Assembly: GCA_965603825.1 (NCBI GenBank)
Contig: CBFDEM010000004.1
Location: 744,001-808,000 of the forward strand
DNA length: 64,000 nucleotides
Direction of reading: 5' to 3'
From: Blepharisma stoltei ATCC 30299
Taxonomy: Eukaryota > Protista > Ciliophora
Of the stretch, positions 59,869 to 64,000 are shown in pieces. The notes under the pieces are model-generated. The model did no database searches and was not told where the DNA came from. It saw only the letters and a program-made list of their open reading frames with translations. The position numbers were made by a program, and so were the translations under genes. Every line of letters begins with the position of its first letter. Position 1 is the stretch's first letter.

Positions 59869-61845
59869 ATGCCAGCATCATATGATATATCAAGAATAAC
59901 CCAAATACTCCAAATTCCTTCTAGACTTCGTAGTAACGAAGATATAGCCTATCTTATGGCGCTTACATCGAAAATAGACTTTTTTACAAAGATAACTGAA
60001 GAACAAAAATCATCTGAAATTCATAGAGCATGCTGTCAAGTAATGACATTTGAGGAACATAACCCAGGAGATATAATAGTAAATTTTGGTGAAAACGGTT
60101 CTAATTTTTACATTGTTCTAAAAGGGTCAGCTTCAGTTAATATTCCTACAAAGAAAAGAATGACAATAAATCTCAGTGATGTAGCGACAGATAAACTTAA
60201 AAAGATTATATCGACGCTTAATGATGAGCAAGATGATGTATCTGAAATAAAGGTTGACCCAAGAAAAAAGAGAAGAAGAGCTGGGAAAATTTTCAATGCT
60301 GTTGATCTTATTTCACTTAATGCTGCTATGCAAGAAAAGAAGAATGATGACACTGATAACCCACAGTTAAATGAATTTTGAAAAATAAATGATTTATTCC
60401 AGGACAAGCTTGACGAAGAAAAAGTAATAATTCTTGATTTTCTGTCTAAACAAAACCCAGAAGCAAGAGTTGTAGAAATAGAAATTGAGGAGTTAACCAA
60501 AGTTTCTATAATAAATGAAGGTGAATCTTTTGGAGAATTATCATTAATAAGTGAAAGGCCTAGAGCTGCCACACTTATAACAGAAGAAAAAATAATTTTG
60601 GGAGTCATATCAAAGCCAAATTTTAAAAAAATTCTGGGAATTCTTGCAGAAAAAAGGCTTAATGAAAAAATTGAATTTCTTCAAGCTTTACCAATGTTTT
60701 CAAATTGAAGCAAAATTGCTTTATATAAACTAGGGTATTATTTTAAAAGAGTTGTTTACAAGAAGCATCAATTTGTATATAAAGAAGGTGAACCTGCCAA
60801 CACTGTATATTTTGTAAAATCCGGAGAATTTAAAGTAAAAGTAAATTAGATTACAAAAATCCATAGTGAGTTAAAAGGAGTTGTTGATACCTCTTCTCTA
60901 GACTCTAAAAAAAGCCGCTTAAGTAGCCATGGCACTGTTCTTAGACTTGGAAAAATGAGGAAAATAGGTATCCAAAAACAATTGCAATTGGTAATTAAAG
61001 GGAAAAACGAAATGATAGGAATGGAAGAAGCATTGGAAAATTTTGAAAAAAGGATCCACTCTTGCCAATGCTGGTCAGATGAAGGCGAATTATTATGCAT
61101 AAGTAGAGAGGTAATTAAAAATTAGAACTTGAATAATGGAATAGCCTATCCTGATACCTGAGCCCAAATAAGAGATAAGCACAATGCAAATAATGCGTTT
61201 TTTAAAGACAGAGTTACTCAATTAACCAAAATTGAGGAGGCAAAGAAGTCATTAGATTTTACATCTTTTAGCAAGATACCCATTAAGCGCTTGGTAAAAG
61301 AAAAAAAAGAACAGAAAGAACAAAATTGAGTCGAAAAATCAAAAGAGCCAATTCCTCATGTAGTAGAAAAGCCTATAAAAGAGTCTAGATATAGCATTCC
61401 GGAAAAACAATTTAAGAATTCTTCTCGATCAATGTCTCCAAAGCATAACAGATTTAAATCCTCTCCAAGCCCAAGCCCATGTCCAAGCCCGGAAAGAGTA
61501 AAAACTGAAGAATCGCCTGTACATAAAGAAGACAGATCAATATATTTTTTTAATAGAAGAATTGACACTGTGCACTCAAATCTTGATAGTCCTAAAAGTC
61601 CTCAGAGTTTTACTAACAGTTTTACAAGGAGAGTTAAGACAAATCCATATAAAAAGATTGTTCATAGAAGAGTAGCTCCACCTAATTTCTTGAGAAATTA
61701 TAAATCACGAGCTTCAAGCAGAAAAGCTGATAATTCAATAGAAGAGCTTGTAGCAAAATTTAAAGAAAACGTAGACCAAAGCTATAGAAAATATTCTGCA
61801 GAGATACAATCAAGCAAGAAGGAAGCGAATAGTTATTTTCTTTAA
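59869..61845 (+). CDS. Cyclic-nucleotide-binding-domain protein, paralog A (~648 aa)
   Basis: FYIVLKG...GESFGELSLISERPRAAT and a second CNBD; four TGA=Trp codons; introns 60835-60849 and 61111-61125. Confidence 0.87.
60835..60849 (+). other. 15-nt intron
   Basis: GTAAAAGTAAATTAG; identical copy at 63546-63560 in the paralog. Confidence 0.88.
61111..61125 (+). other. 15-nt intron
   Basis: GTAATTAAAAATTAG; homologous position to 63822-63836. Confidence 0.88.
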
Positions 61846-62579
61846 ATATGAGTTATCAATTGCAGTATAGGGGAAATATGATATCACGATTATAAATTAT
61901 TATTTAATTAAGCAAAATAATATATAATTTTCTTTCTAAGCACAAATATTTACTATTCAAGTCAAAAATATAATGAAATCTATTATAAAAATCTTATGTG
62001 AATGGATTAAACATATTAATTGCGATAAGCACTGCTGTAATTTTTTATTGCAGTATAGCATGATGCTATCTCTTCTTAGCAAATATACAGAGATATTGAT
62101 GGCAGAGCAAATACAATCTGTCCTTGAAGCAGTACAATGCTCAGCAAGATAATAAAATTTGATTGCCAAAAAGAGTTATAAATCAATGATGAGGTCCATA
62201 ATAATGCACTTAATAGGAGTATCTCAAGAAATAGAAGCTTAAATAATAATAAATATCAAACAACTACAATACTGACTTTCATAGGTTTGGGCTTTATAAA
62301 TGGTAGTGGATCATTACCTTATTTATTCATCCTTAAATAAATTATTAAACTACTAATCTTTACTCTACAAAAATCTGTGATATCATTATTTCTTATTTAA
62401 AATTTCTCAACAACATATATCTCATTCATTTTTATTTTTAAATTATAATTATTTGACTTTAAAATTAATTAATCAACAACTCATCTTAATGCAATCTATT
62501 AAACAATTTTTAGCAGGCTATCTTTTAATGATTCTTTGCAGCTTAATATTATTATTTAAATATAAATATTACAATTTAT

Positions 62580-64000
62580 ATGTCAATATCATATGATATA
62601 TCAAGGATAATTCAAATACTGCAAATTCCTTCTAGACTTCGTAGCAATGAAGACATTGCTTATCTTATGACTCACACATCTAAAATAGACTTTTTTAAAA
62701 AGATAACTGAAGAACAAAAATCATCTGAAGTTCATGAATACTGCTGCCAAGTAATGACATTTGAGGAGCATAATCCAGAAGATATAATAGTAAATTTTGG
62801 TGAAAACGGATCTAATTTTTACATTGTTCTAAAAGGGTCAGCTTCAGTCAATATTCCTACAAAGAAAAAGATAGCAGTAAATCTCAGAGATTTAAAGAAA
62901 TATAGACTTAAAACATTTTTATTAACGCTTTATGATGGAGAAGATGAAGTCCCTGAGATAAATCTTGACTTAAAAAAAAAGAAAAGAAGAGTCGGGAGAA
63001 TTTTCAATGCGGTTGATCTTAATTCACTTAATACTGCCATGCAAGAAAAGAAAAATGAAGACAATGGTAATCAGCAATTGAATGAATTTTCTAAAATAAA
63101 CGATCTATTTAAAGACAAAATTGATGAAGAAAAGGAAATAATTCTTGGTTTTTTGTCTAAGCAAAATCCAGGAACAAGATTTGTAGAAGTAGAAACTGAG
63201 AAGTTAAGTAAAGTTGCTATCATAAATGAAGGCGGATCCTTTGGAGAGCTATCTTTAATAAGTGAAAGACCTAGGGCTGCTACAATTATAGCAGAAGAAA
63301 AAATAATTTTAGGAGTCCTCTCAAAGGTAAACTTCAAAAAAATTCTTGGAAATCTAGCAGAAAAAAAGCTCAATGAAAAAATTAAATTTCTTCAAACCTT
63401 GCCAATGTTTTCGAATTGAAGCAAAATTGCTTTGTATAAATTAGGATTCTATTTTTCAAGAATTTTATATAAGAAGCATCAGTTTGTATATAAAGAAGGT
63501 GATCCAGCTAACACTGTATATTTTGTAAAGTCAGGAGAGTATAAGGTAAAAGTAAATTAGATTACAAAAATCCATAGTGAGCTAAAAGGGGTTGTTGATA
63601 CTTCATCTCTTGGTTCTCAAACAAGCCGGCTAAGTAGTCATAGCTCTGTTCTTAGACTAGGAAAAATGAGGAAAAAAAGTATCAAAAAGCAATTGCAGTT
63701 AGTGATCAAAGGAAAAAATGAAATGATAGGAATGGAAGAAGCATTGGAGAATTTTGAAAAAAGGATTCACTCTTGTCAATGCATATCTGATGAAGGCGAG
63801 GTGTTTTGCATAAGTAGAGATGTAATTATCATTTAGAATTTGAATATTGGGATAACTTATCCTGATACATGAGCCCAAATAAGAGATAAACATAATGCAA
63901 ATTATGCATTTTATAAACAAAGGGCCATCCAATTAACAAAAATTGAAGAGGTAAAAAAATCATTCGATTTTAGATCATTAAGTAAATTACCTGTTGAGCA
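62580..64000 (+). CDS. Cyclic-nucleotide-binding-domain protein, paralog B (runs off the window)
   Basis: Close tandem paralog of 59869-61845, with the same two intron positions and shared TGA=Trp sites (63417, 63870). Confidence 0.87.
63546..63560 (+). other. 15-nt intron
   Basis: GTAAAAGTAAATTAG. Confidence 0.88.
63822..63836 (+). other. 15-nt intron
   Basis: GTAATTATCATTTAG. Confidence 0.88.

Noticed and set aside
61957-62201. Short ORFs between the CNBD paralogs
   Set aside because: No frame has a convincing start plus recognisable motif; at most a decayed fragment.
864-63932. Numerous antisense or overlapping short ORFs in the track (e.g. 48156-48752, 53136-53615, 55444-55935, 60108-60608)
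   Set aside because: They are shadows of real genes on the opposite strand, with Phe/Ser/Leu-rich composition and no motifs.
1-64000. tRNA/rRNA genes, telomeric repeats, transposases, CRISPR arrays, IES insertions in genes
   Set aside because: None recognised by eye. Genes read through without IES-sized interruptions, consistent with somatic (macronuclear) sequence.

Overview
Eukaryotic, AT-rich, gene-dense DNA, most likely macronuclear sequence of a heterotrich ciliate of the Blepharisma type. The supplied ORF track fragments many genes for two reasons. (i) TGA is read as Trp: about 60 in-frame TGAs by hand count, many at family-invariant Trp positions, while every complete gene ends in TAA or TAG. 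(ii) Genes carry tiny 15-16 nt GT..AG introns with an A six nt from the 3' end. Re-read this way, the window holds about 36 protein genes: HSF, PHD/RING, NIP7, TauE, FBA/F-box, BiP, LITAF, M20 peptidase, saccharopine dehydrogenase, alpha-carbonic anhydrase, SDR, IQ protein, membrane PDE, CNBD K+ channel, P4-ATPase-guanylyl cyclase fusion, IMPACT-like, methyltransferase, EF-hand, DOMON, inositol 5-phosphatase, GBP, VAMP7-like, a Cdc15/MAP3K-epsilon-like pseudokinase, cactin, two CNBD paralogs and several orphan families. Most notable: a contiguous PDE / cyclic-nucleotide-domain channel / guanylyl cyclase trio (a complete cGMP circuit); absence of TGA-Trp from gene 3' ends; an orphan family with a C-terminal WxWKGA[HN]G motif; a tandem duplication that left a BiP/F-box chimeric pseudogene whose heat-shock element has decayed; and a GC-rich perfect hairpin. 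I recognised no tRNA, rRNA, CRISPR, telomere or transposase.
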